A stretch of DNA of 64,000 nt, taken from the IMG/VR virus record IMGVR_UViG_3300003321_000657, one strand, 5' to 3'. How positions within the stretch are numbered: the first letter of the stretch is position 1; every line of letters begins with the position of its first letter. Shown here piece by piece: positions 21,013-29,700 of this stretch. A program made the translations under genes and the position numbers. The notes beneath the pieces are model-generated. The model saw nothing but the letters and a program-made list of their open reading frames with translations. It did not search any database and was not told the origin of the DNA. The stretch is from an uncultured virus (IMG/VR IMGVR_UViG_3300003321_000657) (Duplodnaviria > Heunggongvirae > Uroviricota > Caudoviricetes).

Positions 21013-21338
21013 ACAGCTACAGATTTGAGATCGGAGAGAAGCCGCCGCTAGATGAATCGTTCCGGATTCGAATCAAGTGGGGTATGCCGATCACTCGTGA
21101 AGGCACCGATGGCGCTCAGATCCGCAAGGCAGAGCTGAAGCTTAACGACTGGATTCTAGTGCGCTGGCTGGACGGGTACTGCAAAATGCAGGTGGTCGAG
21201 CTCGAAGATGGCAAGGGTTACGCGCAGACCGACATAAAAGACGGAGATGGATCAGCGAGTCTTCATTTCAGCGAAGAAGACGACTGCTGGGAATCTGGAA
21301 TGCTCGCATGCGGCATGCGGAGCTTCGATCCTGAATGA
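21009..21338 (+). CDS. Hypothetical protein
   Basis: ATGA coupling on both sides. Confidence 0.6.
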   Translation: MNSYRFEIGEKPPLDESFRIRIKWGMPITREGTDGAQIRKAELKLNDWILVRWLDGYCKMQVVELEDGKGYAQTDIKDGDGSASLHFSEEDDCWESGMLACGMRSFDPE

Positions 21339-21730
21339 GATGCATCATCGCCGGGAGTCGAAGCTTCCATGGACAAAGCGTCGGTATCATCCAACGGGCT
21401 GTTGACGCTTCCGGCTTTGGTCCAGAGATCACTGAAGTTGTCAGCGGCGGAGCTAAAGGTATCGACTTTCTTGGCGAAGTCTGGGCAAAGTCCAAGAAGC
21501 TTCCGGTTAAGCGGTTCCCGCCTGATTACGATAACGAAAAGCCAAAGCGCGCGCCTCTTGTCCGGAACGTGCAAATGGCATCCTACGCGGCCGAACGGCC
21601 AAACGGCGCGGCGATCGTGATCCACGACGGCGTATCCAAAGGCTCGATGCACATGGCCTACGTAGCCAGTGAGTACGGCCTGCGCGTGTTTGTCGGCCAT
21701 CCGAAGGAGGCGGCAGTTGGGCGTTCCTGA
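21335..21730 (+). CDS. SLOG-superfamily (DUF2493/YspA-like) protein
   Basis: IIAGSR, EVVSGGAKGID, APLVRNVQM, DGVSKGS. Confidence 0.8.
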   Translation: MRCIIAGSRSFHGQSVGIIQRAVDASGFGPEITEVVSGGAKGIDFLGEVWAKSKKLPVKRFPPDYDNEKPKRAPLVRNVQMASYAAERPNGAAIVIHDGVSKGSMHMAYVASEYGLRVFVGHPKEAAVGRS

Positions 21731-22654
21731 GAAGTGGATACTCCGCCGCAAGCGTCTCGCCCGGCTACAGGAGCGTAAGTCGCGCCGGATCGCGTACATC
21801 ATCGCCGGTCCGCGCCGCTTCCCGATCTATCTCAACGACGAGACCATGCCATGGGTGCGACCATGAAAGGGCGTCACCGCTCCACCACGACCGAGAAGGT
21901 CGAGTGGCTATTGAAGAATCAGCCGCTGTGGGATGGTATCAGCCTGACGTCATGTCCGTCAGAATCCAAGCTGATCACGCTGCGTGAGACCATGATCGAC
22001 GCCGGGCTCTACTCGATCTACGCGTACGCGCGCGATATCGACATCAGTATCCGTAAGCACTGCGATCGCGCCCGGGCTGTGCGCCGGAAGAGGAGCGCCA
22101 CGAACTACCATGCCTATTAAGACCTACATTCGCGACAGCGACGGTCTGTACGTCCGCGAAGCGCCCGTGCCGCGCGACCGTAAGCCACATCCGCTGGAGC
22201 CTGACTTCATCGTCGATCCAGACGGTACGATGTGGCTGGTCGAACCGGACGGCGAGCGGATCTGCCAAGGCCGCTATCCGTCGCCTGAGATGCATGCGCG
22301 CGCCTGCCCGTGGAGGAAATAATGGCTCCGGGCGAATACAAGGTCAAAGACGGCAAGGTTATGACGTGGTCGTACACGTTTACCTACGGCACGACCTGCA
22401 CGGAGCCATCTGGACCGGTGTACCATCGTCCTGTCGGCATAGCCGACATAGAGGACATACCGCCCAAGCGCCCGCCGTCGTGGGGCGATCTCAATCTCAG
22501 CGGTGGCCTGCCGCGGCCGCTGTTGCCACTAAAGTCTCGCCTCATCGTGAATCCTATGATACGCTGGATGGCCAAGGCTTTGATCGGAGGAAGCGCCGCG
22601 TCTGGCTCAACGGCCGCATGAAATTAGTAAAACGTTTCCTGAAAGGGGTGCGTA

Positions 22655-23185
22655 ATGCCGCTCTTTAACTTCGGATCAGTTTGCTTCCATCCGACCGACA
22701 TCGCGCGCACGGTCTATCGCTCCGCCCAGCCTGATGCGGATGGCTTCGAATTCCTGCGTGACTTTCTGGCCGTGCGCACGGTCGTCAAGCTAAACCTCGA
22801 ACACGAGCACAGTCTGGCTGATGAATGCCGCGACTTCGGCGTAGGTCCAGAGCGGCCGGGCATAGCCGTGCTCTACGAAGGTATGCCGGAGTTCTTTCGC
22901 GAAAACGAAACGGATCACGTCGTCAAGATCATCAAGACGATCCGTACGCAGATCCGGGATGTACAGGGTGGAGTCTTAATCCACTGTGCGATGGGCACAG
23001 ATCGCACGGGCGTCGTGTCCGCCTGCTATCAGATGGCTTACGGCGGCGTGACGCTTCAGCAGGCCCTACATGAGCGCAAGCTGTACGGTGTGGGCGCACT
23101 GCGTGACATCTTTGACATGTTCGACCATCCAGTGTTAACTAACATCGCCAGACGTGCGGCCGCGGGAGAATTCAAAGATGGCTAA
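22655..23185 (+). CDS. Cys-based tyrosine/dual-specificity phosphatase
   Basis: YRSAQP and HCAMGTDRTG (CX5R). Confidence 0.85.
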   Translation: MPLFNFGSVCFHPTDIARTVYRSAQPDADGFEFLRDFLAVRTVVKLNLEHEHSLADECRDFGVGPERPGIAVLYEGMPEFFRENETDHVVKIIKTIRTQIRDVQGGVLIHCAMGTDRTGVVSACYQMAYGGVTLQQALHERKLYGVGALRDIFDMFDHPVLTNIARRAAAGEFKDG

Positions 23186-23705
23186 GCCGAAGCGCGTAAG
23201 AAGAAACATCATCGCAACCACTCGGTCTGAATTGGAGAGATCCGGACATACAGTTTCAACTCCATCGCCGGAAGCTCGACCACGCAAGGGAGCTGAGATG
23301 TGGATTCCGCAGGTGTCGCTGGCGGAGGAGTCTTTGGAGGAGCCCGGCGCTGGTCCTCGGCCGGTAGTTCAACGCGCCGCGCAGGAGATTTATCAGCGCC
23401 GCAAGGCTCTGAAAAAGACCACGGACGACAAGGGTAGAACCGTGGTCTTGAAGGTCCGCCAGTATTTCTCTAATCCGAATCCGGGCGCGATCACGGATGT
23501 TTCGCACGACCAGTTTATTACTGCGCTGCGGATGGCCGTAGAACGTTGCGGCAGCGTGAACGCGCTGGCTAACAAGCTTGGGGTCGTCTGGCGGATCGTC
23601 TATAAATGGCTGGATGGGCATGGTCCAACGCGTGCTCGTATGCAGGTCCTCCTCCCACAGCTTCAGACTCTGTGCGACGGCCTACCTTCGATTGACCAGT
23701 TGTGA
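23178..23705 (+). CDS. Protein with C-terminal Cro/XRE-like HTH
   Basis: GSVNALANKLGVVWRIVYKWLDGHGP. Confidence 0.6.
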   Translation: MAKPKRVRRNIIATTRSELERSGHTVSTPSPEARPRKGAEMWIPQVSLAEESLEEPGAGPRPVVQRAAQEIYQRRKALKKTTDDKGRTVVLKVRQYFSNPNPGAITDVSHDQFITALRMAVERCGSVNALANKLGVVWRIVYKWLDGHGPTRARMQVLLPQLQTLCDGLPSIDQL

Positions 23706-23769
23706 GATCCTGATAAAGCGAAACAGCCGTGTGGTTGCACCCGCACGGCTGTTTCAATGAGTCACCACG

Positions 23770-24690
23770 ATGGAGGGCATCATGGCCGACAAGAGTCGTC
23801 GTAACGCAGATATTTGGACTGTCAACAGCACTCAACCTATCCCGGATGATCAGATCCCGGACAGTTTACGCTCGATCCTGTCCTCTGAGCAGGACGTGCG
23901 GTATACGTCCGGGCTGATGATGAATATCGAGCCGCGCGTGTACTTCCTGTGCGCGTATGGAGAGGTGGTTTACGTCGGAGCTGCGCTGCGCAGTCCACTG
24001 GAGCGAGCCATGTTTCATTACTTCGACGGAAAGTATTTTGACTCGATGTTTTCAATTCCGTCTAGCGTAGAGGAAGTTTTCAGCAAGGAGCGCAGGTGCA
24101 TCAATGCGCTGCGGCCGTATTACAACGACAGTGGAGCGTACAAGGCTGAATGGAGGTATCGCTGGCCAGATCTCTCCAAGGAATTAGATGCGTATGCGAA
24201 GCATCGGATGAACGAGCTTCCTAATTATGGATCGCGCGGATCGCGTGGCGTTCCGTACAGCATGCGCGAGACAGACGCGAAGCATCGGATTAAATTCCCT
24301 CTGGATATTACGAATGAGCAGCGCCGCGCCCTGACGGTGCTGCGCCGACAGGCGACACTCAGTCGCAATAACGCTAGAACATGGCTGGCCGACACGCTGG
24401 CTGGAAGCCTATATGTCGATATTGCTCCGATCGCAGCAGAAACGTTGCAGGAATACGACGCGCGCAAGCTTGCAGAGGTGACGCAGCGCGCATTAGACAA
24501 GCTTGGACGCATTGATTTGCTTGCAGTCGTTGTGAATCGCACAGAAAATGAATTGCGCGCGCGTATCGCAATGCATTCGCGTGAAACTGAATTCTATGCA
24601 GAATCGCGCGCGTTAATCGATTGCCTTTTGTTGCAAGGGCAAAGCGTACGCGCTGCAAGGGGAGCAACAATGGGCGAATCAAACCAGTAA
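23770..24690 (+). CDS. Protein with GIY-YIG-like N-terminal domain
   Basis: VYFL...VVYVG...ER...H...E...I...PYYN pattern. Confidence 0.5.
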   Translation: MEGIMADKSRRNADIWTVNSTQPIPDDQIPDSLRSILSSEQDVRYTSGLMMNIEPRVYFLCAYGEVVYVGAALRSPLERAMFHYFDGKYFDSMFSIPSSVEEVFSKERRCINALRPYYNDSGAYKAEWRYRWPDLSKELDAYAKHRMNELPNYGSRGSRGVPYSMRETDAKHRIKFPLDITNEQRRALTVLRRQATLSRNNARTWLADTLAGSLYVDIAPIAAETLQEYDARKLAEVTQRALDKLGRIDLLAVVVNRTENELRARIAMHSRETEFYAESRALIDCLLLQGQSVRAARGATMGESNQ

Positions 24691-24713
24691 CGCAAAACAT
24701 AATCTGTATAATC

Positions 24714-24863
24714 AGTGCCAATTTTTGGCACTAAAGAGGTTTAGGGCTTAAATCATATAAGTCCTTGTCCTGTAAGGATTTAAGTGAAGAAAGATAATGT
24801 TCCCTTCTCTTTCATGATAATTAGTGCCAATTTTTGACACTAATTGTGCCAATTTTTGGCACT
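24714..24863. repeat. Three copies of the palindrome GTGCCAA-TTT-TTG(G/A)CAC; candidate enhancer sites
   Basis: Copies at 24714-24732, 24823-24841 and 24845-24863. Confidence 0.85.
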
Positions 24864-24909
24864 GTAGTATTTGGTAAAACAATGTAACTCTTTACAGCAA
24901 AACGACTTA
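24758..24909. promoter_or_regulatory. Two 25-bp TAA-N4-TT-N7-AA-N4-TTA elements, IHF-like
   Basis: TAAGTCCTTGTCCTGTAAGGATTTA 24758-82 and TAACTCTTTACAGCAAAACGACTTA 24885-909; half-sites partly match IHF consensus WATCAANNNNTTR. Confidence 0.55.
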
Positions 24910-24924
24910 GTTTTAGTGACGGAA

Positions 24925-24940
24925 TGGCACGTGGTATGCC
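24925..24940 (+). promoter_or_regulatory. Sigma54 (-24/-12) promoter
   Basis: TGGCACGTGGTATGC with exact GG-N10-GC spacing; predicted start near 24951. Confidence 0.7.
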
Positions 24941-24963
24941 TCACACCCATTGCCGTTTTTTGT

Positions 24964-24979
24964 TGCTCTTTGACAATTT
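24964..24979 (+). promoter_or_regulatory. boxA antitermination element
   Basis: TGCTCTTTGACAATTT differs at one position from E. coli rrn leader boxA TGCTCTTTAACAATTT; lies just after the predicted start. Confidence 0.75.
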
Positions 24980-25177
24980 GGCCGAATACCTTGCACGCGT
25001 AGCGCGTTCGCACGTGGGTGGATTCCCACTATCGGCGAATGAGGTGCACGCGCGCTAAGGTGTTTTGCCGTCATAGGGCGGGTTAGTGCTCCAATGGACG
25101 CTAGCGCGTTTCGAGTGGTATCGGACGATTCCACGCGCGCAAGGTTTGACGGAGCACAAGCGAAAGGGACGTGGAAC

Positions 25178-25849
25178 ATGGCAATCGAACACGTAGCGAA
25201 GTCACCCAAGGCGCCAGACGCGAACGACGCAAAGAAGGGCATGACAGAGGCACAAGCTTCTGACCTGCTCAAGTCAATCGCGCAACGCGTGCAAGGTCTC
25301 ACAATGCGAACGCGCAAGGAATATGTGTACATTGCGCGCTACACTCGCAAGTGGGGACGGTGGAAACTCGCGAACGCGAACGCCACGAATGCGGAATGCA
25401 TCTCTGCAATCGAGACAGAATACGACCTGCAAAACGTCAAGCTTGACGTTGGATTGATTCGCAGGTCGTTTGCCGTGCTGCCAGACTGGCGCAAGGCCGA
25501 GAAACTCGGCAAGGTCAAAGAGTTTTTCGCGTGCACCACGCAGGAGCAAGTTGACGCCTTGTTACAGAAGAAAGTAACGGCGCCGACGCGCAACGCGAAA
25601 ACTGGCATCGCGGGCAAAATCGCAGCATTTCAAAAGACACTCGCAAACTGCGTCAAGAAAAACGACGTGGAAGCTTTGCGCGTGTTCGCGAAAGTCGCTG
25701 CTGATGCCTTGGCAACCGTTGAAGGCAAGCGCAAGCGCAAGGCGCCGAAAATCGAGAATGGCGCCGTAGTGAACGACGCGCCGAAAACATCGGCGCCAGA
25801 AAAACCCGCTATGACTCCGGCGCCGGAATTGACTCCGGCCGGAGTGTGA
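25178..25849 (+). CDS. Basic Lys/Ala-rich hypothetical protein (223 aa)
   Basis: ATG 25178 in the frame of track ORF 25094..25849, preceded by AAAGGGA and followed by a terminator. Confidence 0.75.
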   Translation: MAIEHVAKSPKAPDANDAKKGMTEAQASDLLKSIAQRVQGLTMRTRKEYVYIARYTRKWGRWKLANANATNAECISAIETEYDLQNVKLDVGLIRRSFAVLPDWRKAEKLGKVKEFFACTTQEQVDALLQKKVTAPTRNAKTGIAGKIAAFQKTLANCVKKNDVEALRVFAKVAADALATVEGKRKRKAPKIENGAVVNDAPKTSAPEKPAMTPAPELTPAGV

Positions 25850-25866
25850 AAACTGAATAGAAGTGG

Positions 25867-25902
25867 ACGGGGAGCGTTGAAAAACGCTCCCCGTTTCTTT
25901 TT
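25867..25902 (+). terminator. Intrinsic terminator
   Basis: 12-bp stem ACGGGGAGCGTT-GAAA-AACGCTCCCCGT followed by TTCTTTTT. Confidence 0.8.
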
Positions 25903-25947
25903 GCTCATTCTCGCGAGTGAGCAAAAAGAAACGGAATACCGTTTCAC

Positions 25948-26740
25948 GTGACTGTGCAGCATTGCGCAGACGGAAAAACATGGGCGGAGTGTGTAACTCT
26001 GTCATGTGTGAGTGTGGCCGGAACGCCGATACGGTGCGACGTGCGAGCAATGCCGTGTTGGGTGTAGTGTAGAGCCTCTGTCCGCATGCCAGACGAAAAT
26101 TTCCGGTGACCATGACCGGTCTGCGATGCCTTGTCACGTATGCCGATGAACGGCTAAATGCCGCGGCATATCTGCACAGTCACCTTTGAGCGCTGAGTGG
26201 CCGAAAGTGCAAGGGCAATAGCCTTGCAGCGTGTTGGATGCTCTGTCGCGTACGCTTCCGGATGGAAGCTAATCGGCGCGATGGAACATCGAATGCGTGC
26301 ACGCTACCTATCGTCGTGGGGCGTACTGAGAATGCGCACTTGAACGGCGATAGACTGTGCGAATATTCGCAATTCCGGGTTAAGCGCCGTGCGCTCCGGA
26401 TCTGCGCAAGGGTGAACTATTGCCTTTGAAAATTCGCGCAACCCGTCCAGTATGAGAATCGGGTAGGGTGCTTGAAACAGCACGACGTTACGCCATTACG
26501 GGAAAGAAGTAGAATGGTGCGCGCCCGCGATCACGCGCGGCCGGATGCAGGGGAGTCCTCACATCCCGCCGTCAAATCGCCCTTCTTGTCCAGTGGAATG
26601 CACTGGCAACAATCGAAGATAGAACTGATGCAAAATATTGGCAAGGCTTAACCGCGGCCTTTGTGTGCGGCAATGCACAGACTTTGCATCGCAGTTCGGC
26701 CGGGCGCAGTAGTGCAAGATGCTGCGCCCGGCCATTTTAT
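25948..26740 (+). ncRNA. Large (~800 nt) highly structured non-coding RNA, family unassigned
   Basis: No credible CDS; more than 15 helices including GTGACTGTGCAG 25948-59 / CTGCACAGTCAC 26172-83 and long-range GGTTAAGC 26378-85 / GCTTAACC 26646-53; ends at a terminator. Confidence 0.75.
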
Positions 26741-26743
26741 TTT
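26698..26743 (+). terminator. Intrinsic terminator at the 3' end of the large RNA
   Basis: GGCCGGGCGCAG...CTGCGCCCGGCC followed by ATTTTATTTT. Confidence 0.75.
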
Positions 26744-26774
26744 CGAAACGTTTTCACAACAAGAGGGTGACACC

Positions 26775-29700
26775 ATGTCTGCACAAAATACGCTGGGTGT
26801 AGTGCGCAGCGCGCGAGAAGAAGCGCTTCGCCACTGCAAGCACGGAGAAAAGCCGCAAGTGAGCTCAGAATCGAACATCCGGCCGATCGGACCCTGCAAG
26901 CCGCTGACGCTCAACCTTGGCGCGCTGCTGAAAAAGGCGCTGCGCTGATGGCGATGCGCAACGACACGCGCGCGGAGCTGCGCATGCTCCGCCAACTCGT
27001 CTGGCATGCGATCGAAGGGAAAGTCTGCCGTTTCTGCGGCAACGCACTGGCGCCAGACTGGGAGATCGCATACGGCCATGGCGACGCGCCAGAGATGCCG
27101 GTGGAGCTCACTCTCCACCACATCGACGAAAATCCAAACAATAACGCGCCTGCAAATCGCGAGATCTGTCATCGCGCGTGCCACAAGGCACACCATATGA
27201 GCGCGCAGCGGCGCTCGGGAGTAACGGCATGAGCTACTTTCGGATTAACGCAAATAATGTGGCGCATCTTCACAAGGGTATCGACTTTGTCGCGGCCGGT
27301 GGACAGCATATTGTCAGCTTTGCCCTACTAACAGATCCATTCCCACAGGGTGTATCTATCGCCATCGCTGATTATGTTGATGGTATCTGTACACGCGCCG
27401 CACACAATTCGACGGTGTCAACGGAGTGTTTTAATCAGTTTAAAGAAGATACGAGGCTGCGTGCTGTGCGTCTTATGAAGCTTCTTAGGAATGAACAGGA
27501 GCGAGCTAAAGCATGAAATGCGCCCGCACGGCATGCGACCACGAAGAAGAAGGTTGGCAGCACACGGACGGCACGAAGCGCCGCTACTGCGGCCAGTGTG
27601 CGCACAAGATCAACGTCTTTCATCACGACTTCTATAAGACCACAGACGATCTGATCCGCCATATCAGCGGAAAAACCGCACAGCAGCTCGAACTGGAGAA
27701 ACGCAAAAACAATGCACCCTGATCTACTCTGGATTCAAACCAGACTGTACAACAACATTGCCTTGCGCACGCAGAGTCGCATTTACCGCGCGTTCGAGCA
27801 AGCGCCGATGAGTCAGAAAAACCGCACAAGGGCTCTCGCAGCGCTGTCGATCTCACGCATTCATTCCATCACCAACAGCCGCATACAGAGTTTCGCGCGA
27901 AGGGAGCGAGCGCATGGCTAAGAAAGCCACGGCGTTCTACAGCCCGGTTCCATTGTCGGCCTGTCGCATCTGCGGAACAAGGTTGCGGCCGGGACAGTGG
28001 GCGACATGCGGCAATAGCCATTGCAGCGAAGCGAACCACTACGGCGCTCTGGCCGAACTGCGGCCGCGCCTCAAAGAGCAGTACATGCAGCGCAGCAATG
28101 AAGCGCGCGCATGCCGAATGCGACAACTCGGAGACTGAAAGGACGCACATGCTAACCGCTAAACGCTGCGATCAATGCGAGCTCCTGCGCATCAACGGCG
28201 TGGTCTGCCACGAGATCGGCTGTCCGAACATGGGCGCCAAATGGGACCACGAGCGCGAGCAGTGGGTGCATTACGTCGAATGCTGGGAGTGCGGCTGCGA
28301 AGTCGAAAAGGGCGAGGCGTGCTCGTGCATGACGCCAGAAGAGGACTTGGACGAACATGGCTGAAACGAACTACAAAGGCATCGACTACGGACTGGGCCA
28401 GTCCAATGTCGATAAGTCAAACGGCATCCGCTACGGCGTGATCAATCAGAATGAGGTCCTGCAAGCGTGGTGTGACGCCAGCGAACCGTACTACGGGAAA
28501 CCGACGTGTCCGAAGTGCGGCAACGAAGCTATCGAATCGGACAAGGCTCCGGAGAAAGACGAGGACGGAAAGCCGATCGATCGTGACGAGTACGAAGAGG
28601 GTCACGGCTGTAACGATTACGTCTGCGATAGCTGTAAGTACATCTTCGATAGCGACGAAGCATTCGGCGACGAACCGATCTCGCACTACATCGACGACGA
28701 GGAATACAAGGCCGAATGCGGAGAGTCGGGCGACATTTTCATCACAAAGTCGCCCTACTACACGCGGGCGCAATTCTGCTCACCATGCGCGCCGGGTGCC
28801 GGGTATCTCATGAACCCGTGCGACAGCGGAGAGAAGGCGTATTGCTTCGGCCACGACTGGTTCGAAGATAAGACGGCGCCTTATCCGGTCTACCGCGTAG
28901 ACGACGATTCGCTGGTTTACCCGGACGTCGATTACTACACGCGCAACGGCGACGAGCAAGTGGTGGGCTGGGACATGGACGAAAGCGGACTGCATCCGTG
29001 GGTGCGCACGCGGCGCATGGGATTCGTGGTGTACAACGGGGAGACGAAATAATCGACGGAGGCAGCACATGGCTGATCTACCCAAACACCTTTTCATCGG
29101 ATACCCCGGCAATCTATACGATACGCGAGTGCCAGAGTGGCACAAGCAAGCGCCGCTGCGGCCAAACTACCAGTACACGGCACGCGAGATTAAGACCGTC
29201 TCCCAGTTGAAAGCGACGCTGCGCGCCGGTCCGTACGCGTGGCCGGGCGGGTATCCGCTGTACTTTCTGTGCAGCGACGGAGAAGCACTGTCGTTTAAGA
29301 CCGTGCGCAAAGAGTTCAAATTGATCGCGCGGGCGATCAAGCACACGGACAATACGGGCGGCTGGCGCGTGGTCGGTTGCGACGTGAATTACGAAAAAGC
29401 GGATCTTTACGACGCGCACACCAACGAAAAGATTGAGGCTGCATACGTATGAGAAAGTCACGCTGCACGCGCTGCAAAGGTCGCGGCTACTACACGATCA
29501 AGCAGTGGGTCGGACACTACTGGAGCCGCCCGGCGATCACGTGCGGCGTCTGTGGCGGAACAGGAAAGAAAGGAGCGGAAAATGCTTCCAGTTGAAGAAG
29601 TCGGCGAAGGACTGCTGATGTTCAAGGCAGAAGATCTCTGGGAGTTGGCAAAGCAGTGGGGGCGCGAAAACGGCAAGGAATACAAAAACGGAGCGCTCCA

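Noticed and set aside
24970..24999. TTGACA as a sigma70 -35 box
   Set aside because: No -10 hexamer at 16-18 nt; the word is better explained as part of boxA.
25562..26429. Track ORFs 25562-26137 (-), 25630-25962 (-) and 26238-26429 (+)
   Set aside because: No convincing RBS or protein motifs; the minus-strand ones oppose local gene direction and all run across obvious RNA stems.
25948..26740. Group I or group II intron
   Set aside because: No interrupted gene, no recognisable domain V or paired P7 strands, and the element ends in a terminator. A covariance search is still needed to exclude this fully.
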